Of a DNA stretch of 64,000 nucleotides, positions 48,569 to 58,098 are shown piece after piece; positions within the stretch are counted from its first letter, which is position 1, and each line of letters begins with the position of its first letter. The position numbers and the translations under genes are program-made. Where the stretch lies: positions 22,914-86,913 of the forward strand of contig CAZRKK010000003.1 of assembly GCA_964600695.1 (NCBI GenBank), given 5' to 3'. The DNA comes from an uncultured Candidatus Saccharibacteria bacterium (GTDB lineage Bacteria; Patescibacteriota; Doudnabacteria; UBA920). The notes under the pieces were generated by a model, which saw nothing but the letters and a program-made list of their open reading frames with translations, had not been told where the DNA came from and searched no databases.

Positions 48569-49240
48569 TTACAACCCCTTAACTTTAACTTTCTTAGTTT
48601 TAGCTTTTGCTGCTTTTGGAACAATGACTGTTAGGATTCCATCTTTTAGATCTGCTTCGATATGTTCGCTATCAATATCTACGGGAACAATCACACTTCG
48701 AGAGAAACCACCCCAATAACATTCTTGATAGAAGTAATCGTCATCAGAAATCTTTTCTTCACGGCTTCGTGATCCTTGAATGGTTACCATATCATTAGCG
48801 ACTGTAATATCGATATCATCTGGTCGAACTCCTGCGATAGTAGATTTGATAATTACATTATCCTTGGTTTGATACATATCGATGTTTAGAGCACCTTCAT
48901 AATCGGTCATCCAATCTTCATCTTGTTTAGAAATTGGAGTAGAAACCGCAGCTGGCTTTACAGGAGCAACGACTGGCTCATCGTCTGGAACATCTTCATA
49001 TTCACCTTCGCCCTCTTCTTCTTCGTCTGAGTAGTCTTCACCTTCGTCCAATTCTTCATCTGCAGTCACAGTATCTACTTCCTCTTCATCATCAGATTCA
49101 AGGGAATTATCAACAGCTACTGCCACTGGAGAACCTTCGTCATAATAGTCTTGGTCTACATACACCTTTTCGACAGCTTCTGGCTCGGCTACGTTGCCAC
49201 CCATGATTTTGCCAAAAAATGATTGTTTTTGTCTTGCCAT
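48569..49240 (-). CDS. Hsp20/alpha-crystallin family small heat-shock protein with an acidic low-complexity N-terminal extension
   Basis: C-terminal ACD: DMYQTKDNVIIKSTIAGVRPDDIDITVANDMVTIQGSR...FSRSVIVPVDIDSEHIEADLKDGILTVIVPK. N-terminus rich in D/E (SDDEEEVDTVTADEELDEGEDYSDEEEEGEGE). Confidence 0.85.
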   Translation of the reverse strand: MARQKQSFFGKIMGGNVAEPEAVEKVYVDQDYYDEGSPVAVAVDNSLESDDEEEVDTVTADEELDEGEDYSDEEEEGEGEYEDVPDDEPVVAPVKPAAVSTPISKQDEDWMTDYEGALNIDMYQTKDNVIIKSTIAGVRPDDIDITVANDMVTIQGSRSREEKISDDDYFYQECYWGGFSRSVIVPVDIDSEHIEADLKDGILTVIVPKAAKAKTKKVKVKGL

Positions 49241-49381
49241 ATAGTTTTCTTTCGGAAACCGACCTATTTCTTAATCGGTAAATTTTACCTATTGGTAGGT
49301 TTTAATAAGTTATGTATATTTTTATGATATAGCACTTTATTTTGAGAGTCAAACTATTTTTTCACAGGATTTTACCTATGT

Positions 49382-50500
49382 TTACCCCTCATGAAACATC
49401 TTATTTATTGATTCTTTCAAGATTTTACCTTCTTGTCCAGCGTTCGTAATTTTCTGAGTGTTACTTGTTTCACTGAGAGGTTCGGCACGATTTAGAAGTT
49501 GTAGAGTAGCCTCGACTAAACTTTGTGAGTTCAATTGTGTAGGCATAGGAAATACAAGATTATTTTTTAACAAGTATTCATAGTTTGGTTCTTCTTGCCC
49601 AGGAAGTGTATGAGTAATTTGAATCTTAATTCCTACCTGAAGAGCTTCAGCGATTGTTAGTCCCCCAGGTTTAGTAAGTAGCACATCTGCAATTTGATAA
49701 AGATCTTTTGGTTTCTGATAAAAACCTAAAGCAACAACTCTATTTATATTAAGTTCATCAATTTCTTTTTTAAGAAGTTCGTTCTTACCACACATCACAA
49801 CAACACTAACGTCATCTCTAGAGTCAACTAACTTTTGTAAATAATCTTTTAACAACTGGAGATCAAAACCAATTCCCAATGAACCACTTCCAAAGACAAC
49901 AACTTTATTTTCACCAACACCCAATTCCTGCTCCACTGTTTTTTTTGCGATTGGCTCTAGGGGTTTTAACGTAATCCCACAGACAACAATTTTATTTGCA
50001 TCCACACCAAGATTAATCATCTCTTGTTTTTGCTCATCGATATTTACTAAGTATAAATCTGCTTGAGGGTACAACCAAAATTCATGAAGATGATAATCAC
50101 TAAATCCAATCACAAATTTTCCTGAAAATATTTTTCTGTCGATAAGAGAAGCAACTGCAGCAGAGGCAGTGGTCTGAGTTGATAAAATACAATCGGGTTG
50201 GAATTGTTTTACAATCTCTAATAAGTTTTCTGAATTACCTTTTGCAAGTGGTACTCGTAAGGGAATAGAAATTAATTTAACAAATTTACTAAAATATAAC
50301 CATCGCCAAATAAATGGAAAGCGACGATTGATCACACTATGTAACCAAGTTCCAAAATCTACCATCACACCACTTTGAACTTGCAATATATCATGCAATA
50401 AAATCTGATGCCCTGCTTGCTCTAAATGATAGGCAATATTTTCTGCAATGAATTTATGCCCTAACCCCACAGATGTATACAGAATTAAGATCTTTTTCAT
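49382..50500 (-). CDS. Glycosyltransferase, MGDG-synthase/UgtP-like (GT28 family)
   Basis: MKKILILYTSVGLGHKFIAENIAYHLEQAGH matches the N-terminal MGDG-synthase domain. The C-terminal half is GT-B fold-like (GSGSLGIGF...LTKPGGLTIAEAL). Confidence 0.65.
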   Translation of the reverse strand: MKKILILYTSVGLGHKFIAENIAYHLEQAGHQILLHDILQVQSGVMVDFGTWLHSVINRRFPFIWRWLYFSKFVKLISIPLRVPLAKGNSENLLEIVKQFQPDCILSTQTTASAAVASLIDRKIFSGKFVIGFSDYHLHEFWLYPQADLYLVNIDEQKQEMINLGVDANKIVVCGITLKPLEPIAKKTVEQELGVGENKVVVFGSGSLGIGFDLQLLKDYLQKLVDSRDDVSVVVMCGKNELLKKEIDELNINRVVALGFYQKPKDLYQIADVLLTKPGGLTIAEALQVGIKIQITHTLPGQEEPNYEYLLKNNLVFPMPTQLNSQSLVEATLQLLNRAEPLSETSNTQKITNAGQEGKILKESINKMFHEG

Positions 50501-50563
50501 AAGTTATTTTTAATTAAATTACAAGTATCACAATATCTCTATTATAGTATAATTAAATTAAAT

Positions 50564-51568
50564 ATGCAGGATCAATCTCACAATCTATCAGAAGCTGAAA
50601 TTGAAGAAATCTTTAGGCACTGGGACACCAGCAAACCTGTTTCAATTAAAAAAGTTGAAACCGGCTTGCTTAACCAAACCTACATAATCCGAACCGCAGA
50701 AGAATTATTTATTTTGCAAAAACTCCATCCAGCTGTAGCAATAGACGCATGCACTCTTAACTACTTCCACGTGACACAATATCTGTTTAGTTTAAGCCAA
50801 ATATCACAACTGGTATATGAACAGAAATCTGGTGCCTTGTGGTTAGACATTGACGGAGCAAGATGGCGCTTGTTAAAAGGGGTGGAAGGTGATGTATATA
50901 CTGTGACACCAAATGCCACAACTGCTTTTGAAGCCGGAAAGCTCCTGGCAAGTTTTCATTCTTCACTATTTGAATTTTCCGAGCCAATCTTGCCTAGCCT
51001 GCCAATGTTTCAATACAAACAAGTGTTAGCAAAACTTTTAAGCTATGAAGCAGACTTTGTGAAAACAAATAACCAACAAGTTATCGAAGCATTTAATCTT
51101 TTAAAGGATAATTTTCCTAAACAGATGCTTCCTGATAATTTACCTAAACAAATTATTCATACCGATCCAAAAATATCTAATTTCTTGTTTGATAAGAATG
51201 GTAAAGGTATTTGCATGATAGACTTTGATACCATTCAAGAACTTTCTCCTTTGTACGATATTGGCGACTGTGTTCGCTCTCTATGTGGTAAGCAAGAAGA
51301 TGATCCAAATAATTATTTTGATTTCGAAAAATACCAAGCAATTATAAAGGGTTATAATTCTGTGTCACACCGTTTAACTCAAGTCGAACAGGATTTAATT
51401 CCCCAAGCTTGCCAACTGATTATGTTAGGCTTAGCATCTCGGTTCCTGAATGATTATATAAATGATAATTACTTCGGTTGGGATGAAGGTAAATACCCAG
51501 ATCGCAAAGCTCACAATCTAGCTAGAGCTATTGGGCAAATATCGTTATGGAAAAGTTTCACAAAATAA
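50564..51568 (+). CDS. Phosphotransferase-family kinase (APH/choline-kinase-like fold)
   Basis: Brenner/catalytic motif IIHTDPKISNFLFDKNGKGICMIDFDTIQ (HxDxxxxN....D). Confidence 0.65.
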   Translation: MQDQSHNLSEAEIEEIFRHWDTSKPVSIKKVETGLLNQTYIIRTAEELFILQKLHPAVAIDACTLNYFHVTQYLFSLSQISQLVYEQKSGALWLDIDGARWRLLKGVEGDVYTVTPNATTAFEAGKLLASFHSSLFEFSEPILPSLPMFQYKQVLAKLLSYEADFVKTNNQQVIEAFNLLKDNFPKQMLPDNLPKQIIHTDPKISNFLFDKNGKGICMIDFDTIQELSPLYDIGDCVRSLCGKQEDDPNNYFDFEKYQAIIKGYNSVSHRLTQVEQDLIPQACQLIMLGLASRFLNDYINDNYFGWDEGKYPDRKAHNLARAIGQISLWKSFTK

Positions 51569-51605
51569 AACGCATCAAATGATGATGCGTTTTTAAATAT
51601 TGATT

Positions 51606-51695
<90 letters not shown>

Positions 51696-51728
51696 TTGGA
51701 ATACATAGTATCACGACTACAATATATA

Positions 51729-52349
51729 CTAAATAAAGTTTGTACAAAAAGATGGGCGATGAATTATAGATAAACCATGTTTGCGAATTGCTTCAATGTG
51801 AAATTTAGTTCCATAGCCTTTGTGTTTCTCTAATCCATAATTAGGGAATTGCTCTGCTAATTGTTGCATCAAGTTATCTCGATAAACTTTAGCAATAACG
51901 GAAGCTGCAGCAATTGAATGAACCACGCTATCCCCTCTTACAATTGATTCTTGTTTGACTGGTAAGTTCGGAATAATATTTCTTCCATCAATCAAAACAA
52001 AAGTGTTACTATGATTCGATTGCTTTAAGAGATCGTCAACTGCTCGATGCATTGCTAACAAGCTCGCTTGTAAAATATTTAATTGTTCAATCTCTTCTAC
52101 AGAAGCTACCCCAAAAGAGTATAAAGAGTTTTTTAAAATTTGCTCGTAAAGATAATCTCGTTTTTTTAGAGATAGTTTTTTACTATCAGTGATTTGCTCC
52201 CACCAGTCTTCATCTAAATTATTTTTAAAACTAACTGCTGCTGCAACTACTGGCCCTGCTAATGGACCACGACCAACTTCGTCAACACCAATTACTAATT
52301 GAGCACCACTCTTATATAGTGAGATCTCTTTTTTAAATCGATCAATCAT
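51729..52349 (-). CDS. rnhB: Ribonuclease HII
   Basis: GVDEVGRGPLAGPVVAAAV...DSKKLS...FVLIDGRN. Confidence 0.9.
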   Translation of the reverse strand: MIDRFKKEISLYKSGAQLVIGVDEVGRGPLAGPVVAAAVSFKNNLDEDWWEQITDSKKLSLKKRDYLYEQILKNSLYSFGVASVEEIEQLNILQASLLAMHRAVDDLLKQSNHSNTFVLIDGRNIIPNLPVKQESIVRGDSVVHSIAAASVIAKVYRDNLMQQLAEQFPNYGLEKHKGYGTKFHIEAIRKHGLSIIHRPSFCTNFI

Positions 52350-52771
52350 ACAGAACGCATTCGTGGATAAAATTTAAACTGTACAAACTCGTAACCCTCC
52401 TCTACTTTCATTAAAGATAGATCGATACTCCCAGCAGAACTTAAAATATCTTCGATATATTCTTCGTACACACCGTGAATATGAAATAGAGATTTACTAA
52501 AGGATAATTTTAAATTAGAAAGGCTAATGTAACTACTGCGACGTCCAAAAAATCTTTTCTTAAACATGTCTAATATTTCTGACTTTTGCATTGTAAACTC
52601 CGAGAAGCCATCTGCAGTAGCGCCTCCAGATATAAATTTGGTTAAAGTTTCTTGAGATTGATTATTAATAGTATCCACAAAGTCTTCCAAAAAATGTCGG
52701 ACATTAAAACGGTCTTCTGTACTACTAATGGTATGATCAAAATCTAGTGTAATCTCCACGGTCTTATTCAT
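52346..52771 (-). CDS. Hypothetical protein (141 aa); overlaps the rnhB start by 4 nt
   Basis: ORF only, no recognisable motif. The operonic overlap with rnhB supports that it is coding. Confidence 0.45.
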   Translation of the reverse strand: MNKTVEITLDFDHTISSTEDRFNVRHFLEDFVDTINNQSQETLTKFISGGATADGFSEFTMQKSEILDMFKKRFFGRRSSYISLSNLKLSFSKSLFHIHGVYEEYIEDILSSAGSIDLSLMKVEEGYEFVQFKFYPRMRSV

Positions 52772-53154
52772 AACTTAATTATAGCAATATAAAAAGGCAA
52801 GATGTACTTGCCTTGTATTCAGACTCTAAGACCGAGTCTGATGGGTTTTGGGGTTTTGATTTGGTTCCCTAGAATTATGGATGGTTTGTTCTATCGTTTT
52901 GACTAGATCAATCTGTCCATGATTATCACGAACCAAAATAAATTTAGATTCTTTTTTCTTTCTAGAAAAAATTCGCAGGTTTGGGAACGAAAAAAGCTTT
53001 CTCACAGTCCTCCTAAAAATCTAAAAACTGAACACAATAAGTTGCTGTTCTGTACAATAAAAACTCCATACACAGAACCATACAATCATACTCCTATTTA
53101 GGAAACTGGTCAATACAAAAACACCCTTTCGGGTGTTTAATAATATTATTTTCA

Positions 53155-53230
53155 TGGTGGACCCTACCGGGATCGAACCGGTTACCTCTTCCATGCCATG
53201 GAAGCGCTCTACCAAGTGAGCTAAGGGCCC
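53155..53230 (-). tRNA. tRNA-Ala (anticodon GGC), G3:U70, CCA encoded
   Basis: Reverse complement GGGCCCTTAGCTCACTTGGTAGAGCGCTTCCATGGCATGGAAGAGGTAACCGGTTCGATCCCGGTAGGGTCCACCA. Confidence 0.85.
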
Positions 53231-53252
53231 AGAATATTAAGCCAATGCTTAA

Positions 53253-53534
53253 TTATTCAGCTACTGATTGGGTAGTTGCTTCTGGTGAAATAAATGATTG
53301 AGGGTTAGAAGTTTGGATAAAAACCTCTCGCCATTGCTCAGCTTGCTTTTGGAAGGCAGGAATTACACCAATTACATTTAAAAACCAACCTATTAATAAA
53401 ATAGCTAAGCCAGCACCAAGCACAGAACCAAATCCAGTGAACAATCCCCTAACTAAACCAACCCAAAAGCTTCCCATGGACTTATTTAATTTTTGGATAT
53501 TTTGATTTAACTCGCGCATGTCATTGTCTAGCAT
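53253..53534 (-). CDS. Small hypothetical membrane protein (93 aa, two TM helices)
   Basis: FWVGLVRGLFTGFGSVLGAGLAILLIGWFLNVIGVIP. Lies between two tRNA genes. Confidence 0.45.
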   Translation of the reverse strand: MLDNDMRELNQNIQKLNKSMGSFWVGLVRGLFTGFGSVLGAGLAILLIGWFLNVIGVIPAFQKQAEQWREVFIQTSNPQSFISPEATTQSVAE

Positions 53535-53559
53535 GGTATTTATTATAATAATTTTTAAA

Positions 53560-53635
53560 ATGGTCCCCTTGGAGGGAATCGAACCCCCATCGTCTCCTTA
53601 GGACGGAGCTGCTCTATCCATTGAGCTACAAAGGG
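53560..53635 (-). tRNA. tRNA-Arg (anticodon CCU), CCA encoded
   Basis: Reverse complement TCCCTTTGTAGCTCAATGGATAGAGCAGCTCCGTCCTAAGGAGACGATGGGGGTTCGATTCCCTCCAAGGGGACCA. The anticodon loop is read as GTCCTAA. The acceptor/D junction is slightly atypical, so isotype confidence is reduced. Confidence 0.65.
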
Positions 53636-53720
53636 ATGCGAACAAAGAAGTATAAACACTTATATTCAATTGATGTTAAAATTATATCATACTGAAATAT
53701 TTTAGCAATTAAGCCACACT

Positions 53721-55100
53721 ATGAATCAAATGTCAACTGCTTTACAAAAGTTGAAACAAATTTTTGTTGCACGGGAAACATCTTGGATCGAAAAAATTGA
53801 ACTGATTTGTACAATTGGAGTTATATTTTCTATTTTTTTTCCAATTAGGTACGTTCTAAAAAATCACTTCTCTACCCTATTAGGTTATTATTCAGATTTC
53901 ACAGCCATCTCTATATATCTAAGTTTTTTTCTTGTTCTAATATTGCTTGGAGTGCAACTTTACAAAGATGTAAAAGTTGGAAAGCAAAAGTTTTTTTATC
54001 TAAAAATTTTTATAGGAATATTACTGACTGTAGTTCTTTACCAACTAAATCTTAATCCGAATCTAAAAGTAGTTTCACTTTACCATTTACTGAGGATAAG
54101 CTGTGTATTACTGCTGGGATATTATGTTTATAAGTCTAATATATGGCTTAAATATAAAGGGTTACTGTTGTGGATATTTATTTTTGTTGGGTCAATTCAA
54201 TCGATAATAGCTTTGGCTCAATTTACTCTTCAGCACTCTATAGGAATTAATCTGCTTGGTGAGTCCCCTCTTGCCATCTCCTCTTATGGGGTAGCTAAGA
54301 TTGTTTCCCATGGAACAACTTTCATAAGAGGATATGGTACATTACCACATCCGAACATACTTTCTGCACTTTTAGTTATCTGTTCTTTACTAAACCTACA
54401 TTTACTTAACAATGCTTTACATAAGTACCAAAGGATTATATTATCCATAAGCTTTTTCCTTATAACTATGGGAGTTTTTGTCTCCTTCTCACGTGCTGGG
54501 TTACTTGCCTTCGCCATTGGTCTCACCACGTGGGGAGTAATCACACTATTTAGAAAGAAATCTGCCTTAATTATGGGAAAAGTATTGATAGTCCCAATAT
54601 CAATAATAATTTCCTCGTTAATATTTATGCCTTGGTTACTAACCAGAGCAAACATGCAAGACCAGGCAAGTACAGAGAGATCTGTATATAATCGAGCCGG
54701 AGTGCAAATTCTTAAGAATAACTGGGTTATTGGTACAGGACCTGGAACAAACTTGTTCCACATGAAACAAAAGTTGGAAAACCAGCTAGAAGAGTGGAAT
54801 ATCCAACCGATTCATAATTACTGGCTGATTACAGTTGCTGAGTGGGGGATTATTGGCTTATTTATAGTATTTTTCCTTGTATACACCTTGTTTAGATTTA
54901 TAAGGAGAATATTCGGAAATGGTGACTCAAAATCAAATGAAAAGATTACCTGCTGGCAAGCTACTTTACTTTCAATATTCCTGATTGTGCTGACTTTATT
55001 CTGGTTTGACCACTATTTCTACACAATCTGGTCAACTCAAATGATGCTTTGGATATTTATTGGTCTAATCTGGCAAAGCATTGTTCCACGGGAAACATAA
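53721..55100 (+). CDS. O-antigen ligase/polymerase-like (Wzy_C family) polytopic membrane protein
   Basis: At least ten hydrophobic helices. FSRAGLLAFAIGLTTWGV is a Wzy_C-like loop motif. Confidence 0.6.
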   Translation: MNQMSTALQKLKQIFVARETSWIEKIELICTIGVIFSIFFPIRYVLKNHFSTLLGYYSDFTAISIYLSFFLVLILLGVQLYKDVKVGKQKFFYLKIFIGILLTVVLYQLNLNPNLKVVSLYHLLRISCVLLLGYYVYKSNIWLKYKGLLLWIFIFVGSIQSIIALAQFTLQHSIGINLLGESPLAISSYGVAKIVSHGTTFIRGYGTLPHPNILSALLVICSLLNLHLLNNALHKYQRIILSISFFLITMGVFVSFSRAGLLAFAIGLTTWGVITLFRKKSALIMGKVLIVPISIIISSLIFMPWLLTRANMQDQASTERSVYNRAGVQILKNNWVIGTGPGTNLFHMKQKLENQLEEWNIQPIHNYWLITVAEWGIIGLFIVFFLVYTLFRFIRRIFGNGDSKSNEKITCWQATLLSIFLIVLTLFWFDHYFYTIWSTQMMLWIFIGLIWQSIVPRET

Positions 55101-55126
55101 AACACCCTTTTGGGTGTTTTATTTAT
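55101..55126 (+). terminator. Terminator after the Wzy-like gene
   Basis: aaacaccctttt-gggtgtttt followed by atttat. A near-identical hairpin occurs at 53118-53140. Confidence 0.5.
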
Positions 55127-55619
55127 GATATTCTTTGCCAGATATAATCGTACAGGCTCTGTATAATTGTTCTAGAAGCAGAATTCTAGCTAGATTATGC
55201 GGAAAAGTTAGAGGGCTCAACGAAATGGAATAATTTGCCAACTCTTTTAATGATTCGTGTAAACCTACTCCACTTCCTAGTACAAATACCAACTCTTGGC
55301 CAAGAGAGGATAGGCGATCATAATTAGCGGCAAACTCTATAGAGTTCCTTACTGTACCTTTTTCTTCGAGCAAAATAACTATAACCCCCTTATTTAAGGG
55401 GTTCTTTTGATTTTGAGTTAGGAATTGTCGAATCTGATCTGCTTCTTTCTCTTTAATTCTTTCTATATCAGCATTCTTTCTGTATGGCTCTTCGATCAAT
55501 TCAACTACTTTAATCTTTGCAAAAGGGGATAGTCTTTTCAGGTATTCTTTTTCCAGCTCAAAATAAGCTTTTTCTTTAAACTTGCCCAAACAAAGAATAG
55601 TGATCTTAGCTATTGACAT
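55119..55619 (-). CDS. rlmH: 23S rRNA (pseudouridine1915-N3)-methyltransferase RlmH (SPOUT)
   Basis: ITILCLGKFKEKAYFELEKEYLKRLSPFAKIKVVEL...LVFVLGSGVGLHESLKELANYSISLSPLTFPHNLARILLLEQLYRA. Confidence 0.85.
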   Translation of the reverse strand: MSIAKITILCLGKFKEKAYFELEKEYLKRLSPFAKIKVVELIEEPYRKNADIERIKEKEADQIRQFLTQNQKNPLNKGVIVILLEEKGTVRNSIEFAANYDRLSSLGQELVFVLGSGVGLHESLKELANYSISLSPLTFPHNLARILLLEQLYRACTIISGKEYHK

Positions 55620-55743
55620 TTATCTAAAAATATGGTTTAATTATAGGTTCTCCAAGTGCCGCTGAGGAGTTCATTTAGTTGCAACGCATATTGCCTAGCA
55701 ACTGCATTATAGCGGTTATTTTCAAAACTTTCCTGGAGGAAAT

Positions 55744-56592
55744 ATGTTACCTAACACACGCGAAACCCAGACTAAGTGTCCTATTGAGGCACATATCTTT
55801 TTAAGGCACGAAGAAACCGACCGGATCTCAACCGTCAGAGTCGAACAGAACGGCTTTATCCGTAACCCCGAAGGTCGCCGGTGGGATTCTACCGACTCGT
55901 TTCGGTTGAAGTTCATCGTTCACAATACTGACTTGTGCCGGATATCGGCGCCGTTCACCGTCGCGAAGAATGATGGCGTTCAAACGATCAACGTGATCCC
56001 GGTTTGCTTCGACAACGGTTCTGTGAAAACCTTTTACAAGGAAGTAAAAGTGCGAGAGCGAAAGAACTACAGGTCTGCGGCCGACCGTTACTACAGCAAC
56101 AACTGCGACAATGAAGTCTTTTTTGCGGCTGTCAAAAACAACCGTCTCATCGTGATCGCGGCGGGCATCGTCTCGCAAAAAGGACACTTCTTCTACACCA
56201 AATTACGGAAGTACGATGTGGGGCTCTACAAGTTCCGCAATAAGATCGTCATTCCAGAGCTGCCGCAATGGACGGCTCTTCCAAAGTTCTTGGAGCCGAT
56301 GGTTGATGTCTCTGCTTTGCCGAAGCGTGCGGAGTTCAAACCCGCGACGGAAGATACTCTTCCGGTTCCGGAAGATGGTAAAGCCGTCGTTAAGTGGAGC
56401 GATCCGTTTTCCGGAAAGATTGCCTTGATCGCAAAACAAGGCGAGATCTTGTGCCCGTACGAGGAAGTTCGAAACCATGGGAAAAACCTCACCAACCCCA
56501 AAAAGGGAACTGAGGTCAAACTCGGCTATACCGTGCCGCCGATCCCTGGATCAACGGCATTCGTGGCCGTCGCTAAAGCTGTGTATGTTTAA
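55744..56592 (+). CDS. Hypothetical protein (282 aa) in a GC-rich (~55%) islet, probably horizontally acquired
   Basis: Strong RBS (ggaggaaatATG). GC of 55861-55920 counted at 33/60, versus about 35-40% in the flanks. The multiple overlapping ORFs on both strands are high-GC artefacts. No recognisable domain. Confidence 0.6.
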   Translation: MLPNTRETQTKCPIEAHIFLRHEETDRISTVRVEQNGFIRNPEGRRWDSTDSFRLKFIVHNTDLCRISAPFTVAKNDGVQTINVIPVCFDNGSVKTFYKEVKVRERKNYRSAADRYYSNNCDNEVFFAAVKNNRLIVIAAGIVSQKGHFFYTKLRKYDVGLYKFRNKIVIPELPQWTALPKFLEPMVDVSALPKRAEFKPATEDTLPVPEDGKAVVKWSDPFSGKIALIAKQGEILCPYEEVRNHGKNLTNPKKGTEVKLGYTVPPIPGSTAFVAVAKAVYV

Positions 56593-56659
56593 TCATCTAA
56601 ACTGATGATGATTCCGCCAATGTATGAAAATATGTTGGCGGATTTTTTTATACAAAAAA

Positions 56660-56692
56660 ACACCTCGCGGTGTCTTCCGACATGCGAGGTGT
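56660..56692. terminator. Bidirectional terminator between the convergent 55744-56592 and 56708-56980 genes
   Basis: acacctcgc-ggtgtcttccgacat-gcgaggtgt with a preceding A-run and a following T-run. Confidence 0.55.
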
Positions 56693-56707
56693 TTAAATTT
56701 GAACGTA

Positions 56708-56980
56708 TTAGAAACGTCGGTCTTCTCGAGGTTGCATTGGACGAGCTTCGCTAACGCTGATATTGCGTCCACCGAAGTCTTGACCATTGAACGCGTCGAT
56801 TGCAGCTTTTGCTTCGTCTTCTGTAGACATTTCTACGAATCCGAAACCTTTGCTACGACCAGACATTTTGTCCATGATTACTGTTGCGGAAACAACATTA
56901 CCAGCTTTAGAAAAAGCTGCTTCTAACTCTTCATTAGTAGTAGAGTAGGGAAGTCCGCCAACATACAATTTTGATGCCAT
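56708..56980 (-). CDS. RRM-domain (RNP-1/RNP-2) RNA-binding protein
   Basis: RNP-2: KLYVGGLPY. RNP-1: KGFGFVEM. 90 aa with an Arg/Asp-rich tail. Confidence 0.8.
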   Translation of the reverse strand: MASKLYVGGLPYSTTNEELEAAFSKAGNVVSATVIMDKMSGRSKGFGFVEMSTEDEAKAAIDAFNGQDFGGRNISVSEARPMQPREDRRF

Positions 56981-57137
56981 AGTATTCCTTATGATTAATT
57001 CATAAAACTTCCATATGAAGTTTTATTAAGAGTAAGACGACCTCTTTTACTTCGCGCCTTACTAAAACATAAGGATAGAAATACAAGAAACTTACACGCT
57101 TATTCTAGCTTAATTTAAGCTAAAAGTCAAGATGGGT

Positions 57138-57449
57138 CTAAAACAGCTTTTGATACCAAGCTTCCAAGAAAGGATTGCTTTTGTTTGAATAATACAGAGC
57201 CAATACTGCCGCTAAAAACAAGCCATTTACCACAGCTACACGAATCAAATCATGGCGAACAATTTTGTATTCTTCTGCATGAGCATTATATACAGGGGTG
57301 AGTTTATCAACCATAGCTGGTTTTGAAGCTGTCATAGTAGCTGTTGAACTTGTTTGGGCGGTTGCCACTGTACCTACAGATGTATTGCTTACACCAGAAA
57401 CATTACTTGCTGGCTGTTGATAGTATTTCTTTTTCTTCTTTTTACTCAT
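57138..57449 (-). CDS. Small hypothetical protein with a Lys-rich N-terminus and a C-terminal TM helix
   Basis: MSKKKKKKYY...LIRVAVVNGLFLAAVLALYY. Confidence 0.4.
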   Translation of the reverse strand: MSKKKKKKYYQQPASNVSGVSNTSVGTVATAQTSSTATMTASKPAMVDKLTPVYNAHAEEYKIVRHDLIRVAVVNGLFLAAVLALYYSNKSNPFLEAWYQKLF

Positions 57450-57552
57450 AATAGTTGGTTAATAAATTTAGTAATTGTAAATTTACTATAGTAAAATAGC
57501 TTATTAATTGCAAGTTGAAGGTATCGAACGAGGGTGCTAAAATAGTCATACT

Positions 57553-58074
57553 ATGCAACCACAAAATTTTGCAATTATCGCCTTAATAATCTCTGGAATT
57601 ACCTTAGCTTTAAGCATCACAGCTCTAGTCATGAGTTTAAAACTCCGAAAATGGAGAGCAATTTTTCAACCGGAGGCTCAGCCAGATAATCTCGAAGAGG
57701 TTATTACATCCATCACAGAAAAGCTAAAAAAGCTTCACACAGATCACTCTAGCCTCGAAAATATCGTCACCCTAAACGGGGAAATTCTACAAACAGCTTT
57801 TCGATATTCAAGTGTGGTAAGATTTAATTCTGGAAGCAATGATGGTGGTAATTTAAGTTTTGTTTTGGCATTATTAGATGGTCAACAAACAGGGTTAATC
57901 ATGACTAGCATGCATGGTAGAGACCATAATAGAATTTACTGTAAAGCTGTTACCGAAGGACAACCTCAACAACCATTAAATGATGAAGAGCAACAAGCAT
58001 TAATAGAGGCCTTAACAGGAAAAACTAAAAGTACGACTCAAACAAAAAAACCGAGTAACCGACCTGTGAAGTAG
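57553..58074 (+). CDS. Hypothetical membrane-anchored protein (DUF4446-like)
   Basis: N-terminal TM (FAIIALIISGITLALSITALVMSL), then VVRFNSGSNDGGNLSFVLALLDGQQTGLIMTSMHGRDHNRIY. Family assignment is from memory of the DUF4446 pattern. Confidence 0.45.
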   Translation: MQPQNFAIIALIISGITLALSITALVMSLKLRKWRAIFQPEAQPDNLEEVITSITEKLKKLHTDHSSLENIVTLNGEILQTAFRYSSVVRFNSGSNDGGNLSFVLALLDGQQTGLIMTSMHGRDHNRIYCKAVTEGQPQQPLNDEEQQALIEALTGKTKSTTQTKKPSNRPVK

Positions 58075-58098
58075 TTTATAATAATTAATCATAAAAAT

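Noticed and set aside
49241-49381. CIRCE-like HrcA operator upstream of hsp20
   Set aside because: tagcactt...gagagtc is only a poor partial match to TTAGCACTC-N9-GAGTGCTAA, and no convincing inverted repeat is present.
50501-50563. Replication origin at the strand-bias switch
   Set aside because: Gene orientation changes near 50.5 kb. I see no dnaA, no DnaA-box cluster and no marked AT-rich repeats. This is more likely a local divergent promoter region.
52772-53154. Small ncRNA in the 380-bp spacer upstream of tRNA-Ala
   Set aside because: It contains hairpins (agactc-taagacc-gagtct; aggcaag-atgtac-ttgcct). These are best explained as terminators or processing signals for the tRNA transcription unit. 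There is no conserved ncRNA signature.
55828-56926. Overlapping ORFs on both strands inside and next to the GC-rich gene (55828-56187 -, 56203-56478 -, 56216-56428 +, 56226-56519 -, 56593-56787 -, 56624-56926 +) and 55722-55916 (-)
   Set aside because: High GC depletes stop codons and produces spurious long frames. Only 55744-56592 (+) has an RBS and a coherent start, and only 56708-56980 (-) has real RRM motifs.
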